DNA from: a virus
DNA: 64,000 nucleotides
Reading direction: 5' to 3' (one strand)
Virus record (IMG/VR): IMGVR_UViG_3300022213_000237
Coordinates: 1-64,000 of that record
Positions 17,794 to 26,157 of this stretch are shown here, piece by piece (the first letter of the stretch is position 1; each line of letters begins with the position of its first letter). The notes under the pieces are model-generated. The model was given only the letters and a program-made list of their open reading frames with translations. It was not told the origin of the DNA and ran no database searches. A program made the translations under genes and the position numbers.

Positions 17794-18081
17794 ATGAAAT
17801 TTAAACACAAATACGAACGGCTGCCTGTATCTTTTACCCCCCAAGAAAAAGAAGTCGAGAGCGGCTTAACGCAGACTGGTAGAATGTTTACCTGCTTTGC
17901 GTGTGAAGACGTTACCGGCTTTCGTGTCGAGATGCCAGATACCCCAGAAGTCCCATGTTGTTCTGATGAATGTAGGGACGTAATCAAATCCTGGAGTGTC
18001 ACGATAGATCTTCCAGCTACACCATTAGATGGGATTGAAGTTGCAGATAATGAGCGATCTCCATCTGGAGAGAATGGTTGA
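17794..18081 (+). CDS. Small Cys-rich hypothetical protein
   Basis: CFAC...CCSDEC; start chosen after the structured leader. Confidence 0.5.
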   Translation: MKFKHKYERLPVSFTPQEKEVESGLTQTGRMFTCFACEDVTGFRVEMPDTPEVPCCSDECRDVIKSWSVTIDLPATPLDGIEVADNERSPSGENG

Positions 18082-18775
18082 TGACGGATATAAATTCGTC
18101 AAGACCCTGCAGCCGGTTCCAGACAGCGTACTCGTTCTAGCTGGTGATATTTGGAGTGGCACACCCAGCACCCAAAAAGCAACCACCGCGAGATTAAGCG
18201 AATTGTGCGGAATGTGGAGCGATATCGTCTATGTGGCAGGAAACCATGAATTCTACGGCACCGGAATTGAAGCCCAATTATTCTTCAAAGAACTACAATC
18301 CAAGTACCCCTCCTTCGTTTATCTCGATGGCTCTGAACCCAGAACGGTTCGTAGCCAAAGGTTTATCGGAGACACGATGTGGTTTCCGAAACTGTCCCGA
18401 TGCGCAAAGTACGAATCCCATTTTTCTGATTTTAAGCGAATCGAGAATCTCGCAGACTGGTGTTATGACCACAACGCCAGATTCCGAAAGCTCCTCGAGA
18501 CCGAACTTCTTTCCTCTGACGTGGTCTTGACTCACCATCTGCCATCTTATGGTTCAATCTCTACTCGTTTTATGGGTTCCGCCCAAAATATATTCTACAT
18601 ATCGAACATGGAAGACATCATTGTTTCAAAACAACCAAAGCTATGGGTCCATGGCCATACTCACGATCAATTTGATTATAAGTTAGGAGAAACCAGAATC
18701 GTGGCCAATCCTAGAGGCTACGAGTTTGAGTTCTCGCAGAAAAATTGGGACCCCGCAAAGGTGATTGAGGTATGA
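18029..18775 (+). CDS. Calcineurin-like metallophosphoesterase
   Basis: SDLHLE, LAGDI, GNHE, THH.P, HGHTH, NPRGY. Confidence 0.9.
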   Translation: MGLKLQIMSDLHLERMVDDGYKFVKTLQPVPDSVLVLAGDIWSGTPSTQKATTARLSELCGMWSDIVYVAGNHEFYGTGIEAQLFFKELQSKYPSFVYLDGSEPRTVRSQRFIGDTMWFPKLSRCAKYESHFSDFKRIENLADWCYDHNARFRKLLETELLSSDVVLTHHLPSYGSISTRFMGSAQNIFYISNMEDIIVSKQPKLWVHGHTHDQFDYKLGETRIVANPRGYEFEFSQKNWDPAKVIEV

Positions 18776-18990
18776 GCCAAAAATCATTAGTGTACCGACT
18801 TCGCAAAAGGGCTGAGATTCGACGTCAAATAAGTACACGCAAAAGCGTGCAAGAGGGCGAGCCCGACCGCATTGCCGACCTTCTTGAAGAAGCGGCAGCT
18901 AGAATAGAAGCGCTTGAGGACGATGTATGTCATCACGAAGACGAAGAAGACTGTGTGATGTACAGATCTGACGATACAACCGATAGATGA
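18772..18990 (+). CDS. Hypothetical protein
   Basis: ATGA overlaps in operon. Confidence 0.55.
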   Translation: MSQKSLVYRLRKRAEIRRQISTRKSVQEGEPDRIADLLEEAAARIEALEDDVCHHEDEEDCVMYRSDDTTDR

Positions 18991-19646
18991 GTGATGACAT
19001 CAAAAAGTCCTGGACGCAATCGTTTTCGGGACAACAGTTCTTTCCCTTCGATATGGAACGAAATAAGTTCCTGGTCGCCGACATTGCGCATTCATTAGCG
19101 CTTGTTAACCGATTCAATGGCCACACCAAAGTACCTTATTCCGTGGCTCAACACTCAGTGTACGTATCGTTGGAATGCGACCACAAAGACGCCTTCTGGG
19201 GCCTTGTACATGATTCAAGCGAGTCTGCGGTCGGAGATTTAATTTCTCCTATCAAAAAGTTCATGCCCGCTTATGTCGAAGTCGAAAACTCTGTTATGGC
19301 TTCCATTTGTAACCGCTTCAAACTTAGCCCCGATATGCCGGCTTCAGTTAAGAAGGCGGATTTGACCGTACTTGCTGCCGAATCACGGGACCTCTTCCCC
19401 GTTAAGCCCGCTGATTGGAATCTACCGTATCCGCCATCAACAGAGCTTATTGTCCCCATGTCTTGGCGGGAGGCGGAACAGCTGTGGCTTCAACGCTTTG
19501 TTGTTTTGTGGCCGGGGCACATGGCGTCTGTGGAAGAGCAATTGCTTGAAGAAGGCCTCAAGACCACGGTGCGAGCCAAAGTCATTCGCGAAACGCGGAC
19601 CATCGAGAAAGAAGCTGAAGTCGCGCTGCGGGAAGCCTTAAAGTAA
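18987..19646 (+). CDS. HD-domain 5'-deoxynucleotidase (YfbR/YfdR-like)
   Basis: DIAHSL..NRFNGH...YSVAQHS...LVHD..E..GD...P.K. Confidence 0.85.
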   Translation: MSDDIKKSWTQSFSGQQFFPFDMERNKFLVADIAHSLALVNRFNGHTKVPYSVAQHSVYVSLECDHKDAFWGLVHDSSESAVGDLISPIKKFMPAYVEVENSVMASICNRFKLSPDMPASVKKADLTVLAAESRDLFPVKPADWNLPYPPSTELIVPMSWREAEQLWLQRFVVLWPGHMASVEEQLLEEGLKTTVRAKVIRETRTIEKEAEVALREALK

Positions 19647-19670
19647 GAGATCCACTCGATTAATAGAGAT

Positions 19671-20090
19671 GTGATATTTCAACAATTTCTGGCCTATGGA
19701 TTTTTTGGACTAATAGTCGAGAATCTTTTCACCGGCATCTACAGCCTTCTCCACAAAGACAAAAGAGCAACCACAACATCCTACCTTTGGATGGTTGTGG
19801 TGTACGGTCTAGGTGGTCTGCAAATGCAGGCACTCCACGCTTTGAGATGGCACCCATTACTTCTTGCTCTGGTCTACGTGCCCGTCATTTACGCCAACGA
19901 ATTCTTATGGGGTTTGTTCCTCGATAAGGTCTTGGGTAAGTGTCCTTGGAATTACGGCAAGGGCCGACACACCATCATGGGTTACATCCGCCTCGATTAC
20001 GCCTTCTTTTGGTTCCTCCTCGCCCTTGGTTTTGAGCTTTGTGTTGACCGTATCGAGCGTGTACTCAACTACATCTCACTACATAATTGA
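19671..20090 (+). CDS. TMEM229/CmpB-like membrane protein
   Basis: YG..G...E..FTG, S.LWM..VYG, CPWNY...G.IRLDY..FW. Confidence 0.7.
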   Translation: MIFQQFLAYGFFGLIVENLFTGIYSLLHKDKRATTTSYLWMVVVYGLGGLQMQALHALRWHPLLLALVYVPVIYANEFLWGLFLDKVLGKCPWNYGKGRHTIMGYIRLDYAFFWFLLALGFELCVDRIERVLNYISLHN

Positions 20091-20111
20091 TCTTCTCGAT
20101 AGAGCCACAAC

Positions 20112-20300
20112 ATGACAAAGAAAAAGAAACAAGAAAAGTCGGAAACTCTTCTCGAACTGGTTGGCGGCATTTACGTTGTTGAGCGCTTTCCCGACGGCAG
20201 AGAATCTCGTTCTGAGATCGACGGCAAGTTAGTGCTTGAATTACTCATGATGCATTTAGAGAGTGCGCTCGAAATAGAATATTCAAAGCTTAAAAAGTAA
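20112..20300 (+). CDS. Hypothetical protein
   Basis: GATC-class motif at 20089. Confidence 0.5.
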   Translation: MTKKKKQEKSETLLELVGGIYVVERFPDGRESRSEIDGKLVLELLMMHLESALEIEYSKLKK

Positions 20301-20311
20301 GTTCGAAATAC

Positions 20312-20383
20312 ACGCCCATCGGTTAAAGGTGAAACCAGCAGGCTTATATCTTGCGACTCTTGGTTCGAATCCAAGTGGGCGTA
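20312..20383 (+). tRNA. trnI: tRNA-Ile(TAT)
   Basis: ACGCCCA/TGGGCGT; GCAGG-CTTATAT-CTTGC. Confidence 0.8.
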
Positions 20384-20387
20384 CTAA

Positions 20388-20461
20388 CGATCGATAGCAA
20401 TCGCGGTGAATGCGCCTGCTTTACACGCAGGACCAGAAGAGTTCGACTCTCTTTCGATCGA
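20388..20461 (+). tRNA. trnV: tRNA-Val(TAC)
   Basis: CGATCGA/TCGATCG; CCTGC-TTTACAC-GCAGG. Confidence 0.8.
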
Positions 20462-20467
20462 CAATAT

Positions 20468-20539
20468 TGCGGACTGGAGAAACGGCTATCTCGCGATCCT
20501 CATAAGTTCAAGAATCCGGTTCGACTCCGGAGTCCGCTA
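20468..20539 (+). tRNA. tRNA-Met(CAT), initiator-like with weak anticodon stem
   Basis: 1:72 mismatch; loop CTCATAA; TCCGG-TTCGACT-CCGGA. Confidence 0.7.
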
Positions 20540-20544
20540 TCTTA

Positions 20545-20630
20545 GGTCAGGTGATGTAACTGGGAGCCATGCCGGTCTTAGAAGCCGGTGCGAATAAAGT
20601 AGCGTGAGGGTTCGAATCCCTCCCTGACCA
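20545..20630 (+). tRNA. trnL: tRNA-Leu(TAG)
   Basis: GGTCAGG/CCTGACC; CCGGT-CTTAGAA-GCCGG; long variable region. Confidence 0.88.
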
Positions 20631-20706
20631 TTTAATGTCCAATATATAGAGCCTTATCTCGTTTTTTGGTACAATACATAGATCCTTAGGCTATAGACTT
20701 CCATAT

Positions 20707-20937
20707 ATGATTCTACAGTGGGAATACAATACTTTGAGTATCTGGCGTGAAGATAAAGACGTTGTCGAGGGTTCGAGACAACTCACTATTGCCGCCCAAG
20801 AACTCGGTAAAGAAGGCTGGGAGCTTGTTACCGTCCTTCATCTTCAAGGTGGGTTCCAGGCCTTCTTTAAGAGATCGAAGTTTTCAGAAATTTACTTGTC
20901 AGTTCCGGCTGACTCCCCAGCGAGTGGTGCGGCGTGA
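20707..20937 (+). CDS. DUF4177-like protein
   Basis: QWEY...LGKEGWELV...FKR. Confidence 0.7.
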   Translation: MILQWEYNTLSIWREDKDVVEGSRQLTIAAQELGKEGWELVTVLHLQGGFQAFFKRSKFSEIYLSVPADSPASGAA

Positions 20938-21008
20938 AACGCGCTTGACAGCATCACAACAAACCGGATCTATTCGATATTATCTTTAAATCCCTGGAGC
21001 AATTAAAA

Positions 21009-22358
21009 ATGACTGAAAATAAAGAAGTAGCAAAAGTAGCTTCGGAGCCAATGCAATTCACTAAGGAGGAGACGGCTTCCCCGGAATTGATGGCCGCCCA
21101 ACTTGAAAGCGAAGTCGCGAAATTGTCGGCACGACAAAAGAGAGCGCAGGTCGCACTCGATCGCCAATCTGTTAGAGCCCGTAAGGCTTTGAATCGGCAC
21201 GATTTGCGGACAAAATACATTAATGCAATGGCTCGTGGTTCGACGAAACGAATGACCGTTGACCAGTTGCACGAACTAGCGCTCCAAGTCAATGAAATCG
21301 ACTGGACCAGGAATCGATAAGTGTCAAACGTACCAGTTAAATTCTCGCTAGGCGCTCCAGCCGTGAGTTTAAAGTGGCCGGCTGACGCCATCATTTCACC
21401 ATATGTCAAATCACGAGAAGATGGACGTTGGGTCGCGATTGTGGCAGTAAACGGTGTCCCCGAATATTTGCCGGGCACTTTCCCTACGCATAAAGACGCT
21501 CTAGAAACCCTGGAACTGTACGTAGCTGAACGAAGATCAACTCAGTAAATAATACCATGAAAGCTCTCCGAAAGTTTCTTGATTATTTGTTTACCAATCG
21601 AGTCGACGCCTCTATCGAGTCGTGGCGCCGTGCCCGTGAGGATATGAAGAATCTGAAATGGCGTTCGTGGGAGAAGCGGTGGGAAAAATGAAAGCTCTTT
21701 TACTTGCTTTGGCGCTAGCTTCAGGTCGAGATCCGGCTGTTGGCGATGCTACTTACGACCCTGAAGTAGAAATTAATATGGTCGCAGACCACGACGAAAA
21801 TGGTCAATCAATGGCCGTTTGTGTCGCCTATACTGGTTCGTGGGTTGTGAGTGATATCGCGTTTAGTCCTTCACGAGGCAAAGTGGTGGTGAAGAGTTCT
21901 TATAAACGATTAGAGGCTTACCATGCTATTTTTGTTGTGTGGCCGTTTGATTGGAACGCTTATCATGCTTCTGACGGCGATACCCGGTATCTTGAGAAAG
22001 AATTTATAGAGTGCACGGAATATTTTGATTCAAATACAGGTGGAGCTGAATTCTGGTTAAATATGTGCGCCGACTTCACTAAATTCCCCGAACTGCTACC
22101 GAAAGTGTGTCGCTAATGGCAAGCCTAAAGGATTCTACCGAATACGACGGCAAAATCATGATGCCGGACGGCAAGACGCTAGCCCGTGCCTGGGAATTTT
22201 ATCGCGAAGGCCACGGCTGGGACATAGCATTTGAGGGGCGCGACCTCAAGCGTCTTGATTCTATTAATACCGAGCCCGGATTGCCACGAAATCGAGTCTT
22301 GCAGTTATTGGCAGCTGGAGCTAGTCAAGGTACATGGAAGCTCCTGAACGGAAATTGA
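21009..22358 (+). other. Operon of small hypothetical genes (21009-21320, 21321-21548, 21557-21691, 21688-22116 with signal-like N-terminus, 22116-22358)
   Basis: Abutting or overlapping start/stop codons. Confidence 0.55.
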
Positions 22359-22834
22359 CGGTCGCGTTTACCGGTCATCGGCCTGACAAATTGGGTGGGT
22401 ATGGTCGTGTGAATCCAATGCGAGACAACATAGTCAGAGCCATTCTCGCCAAGCTGCGGGGATTGCGGCCCACACACGCCATCAGCGGTATGTCATTGGG
22501 CGTAGACCAATGGGCTGCATCTGCATGTTTTTATCTTGGAATCCCATTCACTGCCGCCGTGCCTTTTGCTGGCCAAGAGAGTTTATGGGATGTATCTTCT
22601 CAAATAATTTATCACGGCATACTCAGTAAAGCCGCTGAGGTGGAAATAATTAATACTTCACAGGTTGATGTATCGGTAGCTCTGCAGCGCCGTAACGAGT
22701 GGATGGTCGATAATTCCGATCTTCTTATCGCGGTGTGGAATGGTTCGCCGGGTGGCACAGCCAATACAGTCAAGTACGCTAAGTTAATGGATAAGCCGGT
22801 ATTCTATATCGACCCACGTCAGTTCGAAGATTGA
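22334..22834 (+). CDS. SLOG-family protein (YspA/DUF1273-like)
   Basis: FTGHRP, ISGM.LGVDQWAA, RNEWMVD.SD, GGT.NTV.YA. Confidence 0.88.
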   Translation: MEAPERKLTVAFTGHRPDKLGGYGRVNPMRDNIVRAILAKLRGLRPTHAISGMSLGVDQWAASACFYLGIPFTAAVPFAGQESLWDVSSQIIYHGILSKAAEVEIINTSQVDVSVALQRRNEWMVDNSDLLIAVWNGSPGGTANTVKYAKLMDKPVFYIDPRQFED

Positions 22835-22856
22835 TCACACTGCTAAAGGCTGAGCC

Positions 22857-23108
22857 ATGACAACCCAAAATCGTAGGTTCAAGAAGCAGCAATCAAATCA
22901 ACCTCCCTCGTGTTCTGGCAACAAAGAAGTGGAAATGGACTTGAAGGAACGCTTTCAAATGGAAGTCGTTTGCTCCGAGTGCGGCGAACGCTTTCCCGTA
23001 GTTGAAGCCCGCAAAGACGATAAAGCGCCTCGCCAATTCTTCCAAATTCCAGCACACAAGGTACCTGAAGACGTTCACGAATATCGTAAGAAGCTAGGCG
23101 CTACTTAG
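22857..23108 (+). CDS. Small Zn-ribbon-like protein
   Basis: CSECG; GATC-class motif at 22833. Confidence 0.5.
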   Translation: MTTQNRRFKKQQSNQPPSCSGNKEVEMDLKERFQMEVVCSECGERFPVVEARKDDKAPRQFFQIPAHKVPEDVHEYRKKLGAT

Positions 23109-23137
23109 CGACTGAAGATCTACTGGATAATGATTAC

Positions 23138-23174
23138 GGGCCTGGCATCGAAAGGTGTCTGGCCCTTTCTTTTT
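23138..23174 (+). terminator. Terminator-like hairpin
   Basis: GGGCC.GGCATC-GAAA-GGTGTC.GGCCC followed by TTTCTTTTT. Confidence 0.6.
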
Positions 23175-23183
23175 GGAGAATCA

Positions 23184-23891
23184 ATGACTTTAGGTAAGAT
23201 GTTGGGTTCAAATATAAGAATTCACTTCACGTGGTGGATTATTTTCGCGTACATGGTGATTAGTCAATATTCTTACGGCTGGCGCTCAATGCTATTTAAC
23301 GCCATCTACTGCGTGGTGATGTTTGCGTGCGTACTGCTTCACGAGCTAGGCCATGCCATCGCAGCACGTCGCGTCGGGGTCAAGACCTCTGACATCACTC
23401 TCCATCTGTTTGGAGGCATGCTCCAAATGGAAGAACAGCCGACGAAACCGTTTCACGAATTTGTGATTGCCATAGCCGGTCCCGCCGTCAATCTCGTGTT
23501 AGCTATTATTTGTGGTGTAGTCGTACGTCTCACTCTAACGAAGGAGGATGCTTTAGCCTCTATTAATGGATTAGGTGGTGATAGCCCCGCCACGTGGCAA
23601 AATCTGTTGTTCCTTGCTTTCCTGACCAATGTGACGATGTTTGTATTCAACTTAATTCCAGCCTTTCCTCTTGATGGCGGACGCATTCTCAGAGCCTTCA
23701 CGTGGCGATTCTTGGGGTTCTATCTCGGTACCGTGGTTGCGGTGTGGGTGTCTAGGGTCATTGCCGTTGCCGGTATCGCCTGGGCTGTGACTCACTCACA
23801 ACCCTTTATCGCCGTCATTGCTCTTCTTCTTCTCGTAGGCGGTTATGCCGAACTTAAGAATCACGATCAACTGCTAAAGATTAAAGACTAA
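23184..23891 (+). CDS. Site-2 (M50) intramembrane metalloprotease
   Basis: HELGH, AGPAVN, FNLIPAFPLDGGR; multiple TM helices; GGAG RBS. Confidence 0.92.
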   Translation: MTLGKMLGSNIRIHFTWWIIFAYMVISQYSYGWRSMLFNAIYCVVMFACVLLHELGHAIAARRVGVKTSDITLHLFGGMLQMEEQPTKPFHEFVIAIAGPAVNLVLAIICGVVVRLTLTKEDALASINGLGGDSPATWQNLLFLAFLTNVTMFVFNLIPAFPLDGGRILRAFTWRFLGFYLGTVVAVWVSRVIAVAGIAWAVTHSQPFIAVIALLLLVGGYAELKNHDQLLKIKD

Positions 23892-23905
23892 CCTGGAGAA
23901 TGTAA

Positions 23906-24624
23906 ATGATTTCACCCGAAGATTTTATGGCGTTGTCACCCGAAGAACGAGCTAAGATAGACCCCATTGAGGGTTATGCTGGCGCTTTTGATTATTTGGC
24001 TAAGTACATTGAAAGAGCCGGTAAAGAAAAAGACAATGTGTCGTTAATGCGTGCAGCCGCGCTTTTGCTCGAGACCTCTCGTCAGTTTGCTAGCTACGTA
24101 ACTTCCAAAGTGCTTAAGAATGCTGCCGAAACAGGATTGATTGATCCCGCAGAAATCGGACTGACGCCCGAGACTACAGAAAAGACTCAAGAAGTCGAAG
24201 ACCTAGTTATTCCCGGTATGCCCAAAATCATTGGTAAAGCGTGATGAACAAAGAACTTAAGAGCTTGATGGACCGAAAAGCTAAAGCCGAGGCTACCATC
24301 AAGAAAGCGGTAGCTAAGACTCTCAAAGACGGAAAAGCTCCTAAAGCCAAGCTCAGAGAATCCTACTTAATCGATTTCATGATGGGTGGCTACAGCGGGT
24401 CACTAGAGAATCTAGATGTTCAGTGGTTTGACTCGATGAAGGCGCTGTCAGAAGGTTACGATATGGTGATTCTCCGCCTGGAGGAGAATCCCGGCTATCC
24501 GCTCTTTCTGTTGAGTAACGATTCTCCTGTTGCCTCCGAATTCGAGAAGATTCTTAAAATCTATCTGAAGCCTTATGCCATAGTTAAAGACAAGATTCTT
24601 AAAGATATTTGGTTTATGAAGTAA
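23906..24624 (+). other. Two hypothetical genes (23906-24244, 24241-24624)
   Basis: GGAG RBS and overlapping stop/start. Confidence 0.55.
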
Positions 24625-24631
24625 GCAGTTT

Positions 24632-24686
24632 GCTGGTGTACGGGGCGGACCCGTATCGATTCCCCGTTCGACTCGGGGCACCGGCA
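24632..24686 (+). ncRNA. Miniature tRNA-like element lacking one arm
   Basis: GCTGGTG/CACCGGC-A acceptor; TACGGG/CCCGTA hairpin; CCCCG-TTCGACT-CGGGG T arm. Confidence 0.6.
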
Positions 24687-25072
24687 TTAGGGCGCACGGG
24701 AAGGCCCGGCCCGTGGCTCTTGAAAGGTGGGCGAGTCAATGGGATTGATTCATCCCATGCCCGAGTGGCCCCGTCGGAAATACGGGGCATCTGGAGTTCA
24801 AAATGAAAGACCTTCATTGTGCGGTGCATACTACCATATTGCGATTGGCAATAGCCTTTCTGGACAAGGAAGGCAATCCGCTCGTGGGTCACGAATATCA
24901 AAAAACTTATGACCGCTGGGTTCGGCGTATACGTAGTTGTTCCTGTATTGGAGACGACCACGAAGTCACTGAGTATGAGCAGAGCCGTAATCTTGGAATC
25001 TGAATCCCGTTCCTGTGCAGATCCGCACGGTATAAAGTAATAGGGTTTTCTTCACACATCCAAAGGATTAAC

Positions 25073-25522
25073 ATGGCTCTCACGATACCCCCTAATGCGG
25101 CCCAATTTTCTATTCACCTAGTTGGTGATAACTCCGAAAAGACCTATAAGGCCGATTTTGTTACTACCAAAATTCTCAGTCATCGTCAGCGCTTGATGCG
25201 CGGTGAGTTGGAGCGCCAATATATTGGTACCACTTCTCCGCAAGCTGCTCATCCAGATGATGTTGAGCGGGCACGTGTTCTTGCCACCATCAATAGTTCT
25301 TTGCTTACTCCCGTCCCCCAGTTCTGGCGAGAAAACGGCATGGGTCTAGATTTGCTGGACGACAATATCATTGTTGAAATATACTCAAACGTAGTTCGCA
25401 TCCAGGCCGAAGCCGCTGAGAAGGTCATCAAGAAATCTGAAGCCGCGTCTGAACGTCTGAAGGCCGCCGTCGAGAAGGGTGTCGACGCACAACAAGAAGC
25501 TGAAGACAAGGCTACCGAGTAA
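25073..25522 (+). CDS. Putative tail assembly chaperone
   Basis: Position two genes before the tape measure; AAGGA RBS. Confidence 0.6.
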   Translation: MALTIPPNAAQFSIHLVGDNSEKTYKADFVTTKILSHRQRLMRGELERQYIGTTSPQAAHPDDVERARVLATINSSLLTPVPQFWRENGMGLDLLDDNIIVEIYSNVVRIQAEAAEKVIKKSEAASERLKAAVEKGVDAQQEAEDKATE

Positions 25523-25525
25523 AAT

Positions 25526-26110
25526 GTGTCTAGTCTTGACTACTGGGACTCAATCCGGATACGCGCTCTCGCGAGCGTAGTAGATCCAGATACAGATGAT
25601 GTTCTAATTGAGATTTTCGAGTGGTACTCTAAAGAGTTTTCGACCCCACTTCACTTCGTCTACGAGTTACCCGTAGACGAAGTGTTGCATCACTATTTCC
25701 GCTGGATTTACAGGAACATGGACGGAATCGAGCGACACAATGCCGCCATATGGCTGCTTGAGACTCCCGAAGAAAGAGCTGCTCGCGCCGCCGCAGATAA
25801 GAAAGATGACGAAGACTTCATGGCGAAGGCTGCGGCTGTAAACGCAAAGAAGAAACAGCCGTCGGAAGCTCAAAAAGCATTCGACCGAATGCAGAAGAAA
25901 TTCCTAGACAACATCGACCAATTCAAAGCCAAAGCCGCTCCTTTGGAAAAGAAGCTTCTGAAGAAGGAAATGCCGGAGGCATCGCTACCGGCTTCGAAGC
26001 CGAAAGATGAGGAAGAAGTGGTGGTTACGTACATGTCCGAAGCCGATTTTGAAGCCGAGCTTGATAAGCCTTCTGGCCCCGCTCCCAAGCCTCGTAAGAC
26101 AAAGAAGTAG
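25526..26110 (+). CDS. Putative second tail assembly chaperone
   Basis: WYSKEFSTPLH.V..LP..EVL.HYF; immediately before the tape measure; same frame as upstream gene. Confidence 0.55.
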   Translation: MSSLDYWDSIRIRALASVVDPDTDDVLIEIFEWYSKEFSTPLHFVYELPVDEVLHHYFRWIYRNMDGIERHNAAIWLLETPEERAARAAADKKDDEDFMAKAAAVNAKKKQPSEAQKAFDRMQKKFLDNIDQFKAKAAPLEKKLLKKEMPEASLPASKPKDEEEVVVTYMSEADFEAELDKPSGPAPKPRKTKK

Positions 26111-26157
26111 CTGCAATCTTCAGTGATGGACAAGTAGATCCTCCTTGAGGTAGGACA

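Noticed and set aside
18987-19646. DatZ / 2-aminoadenine (Z-genome) pathway
   Set aside because: Generic HD nucleotidase; no PurZ or MazZ in the window
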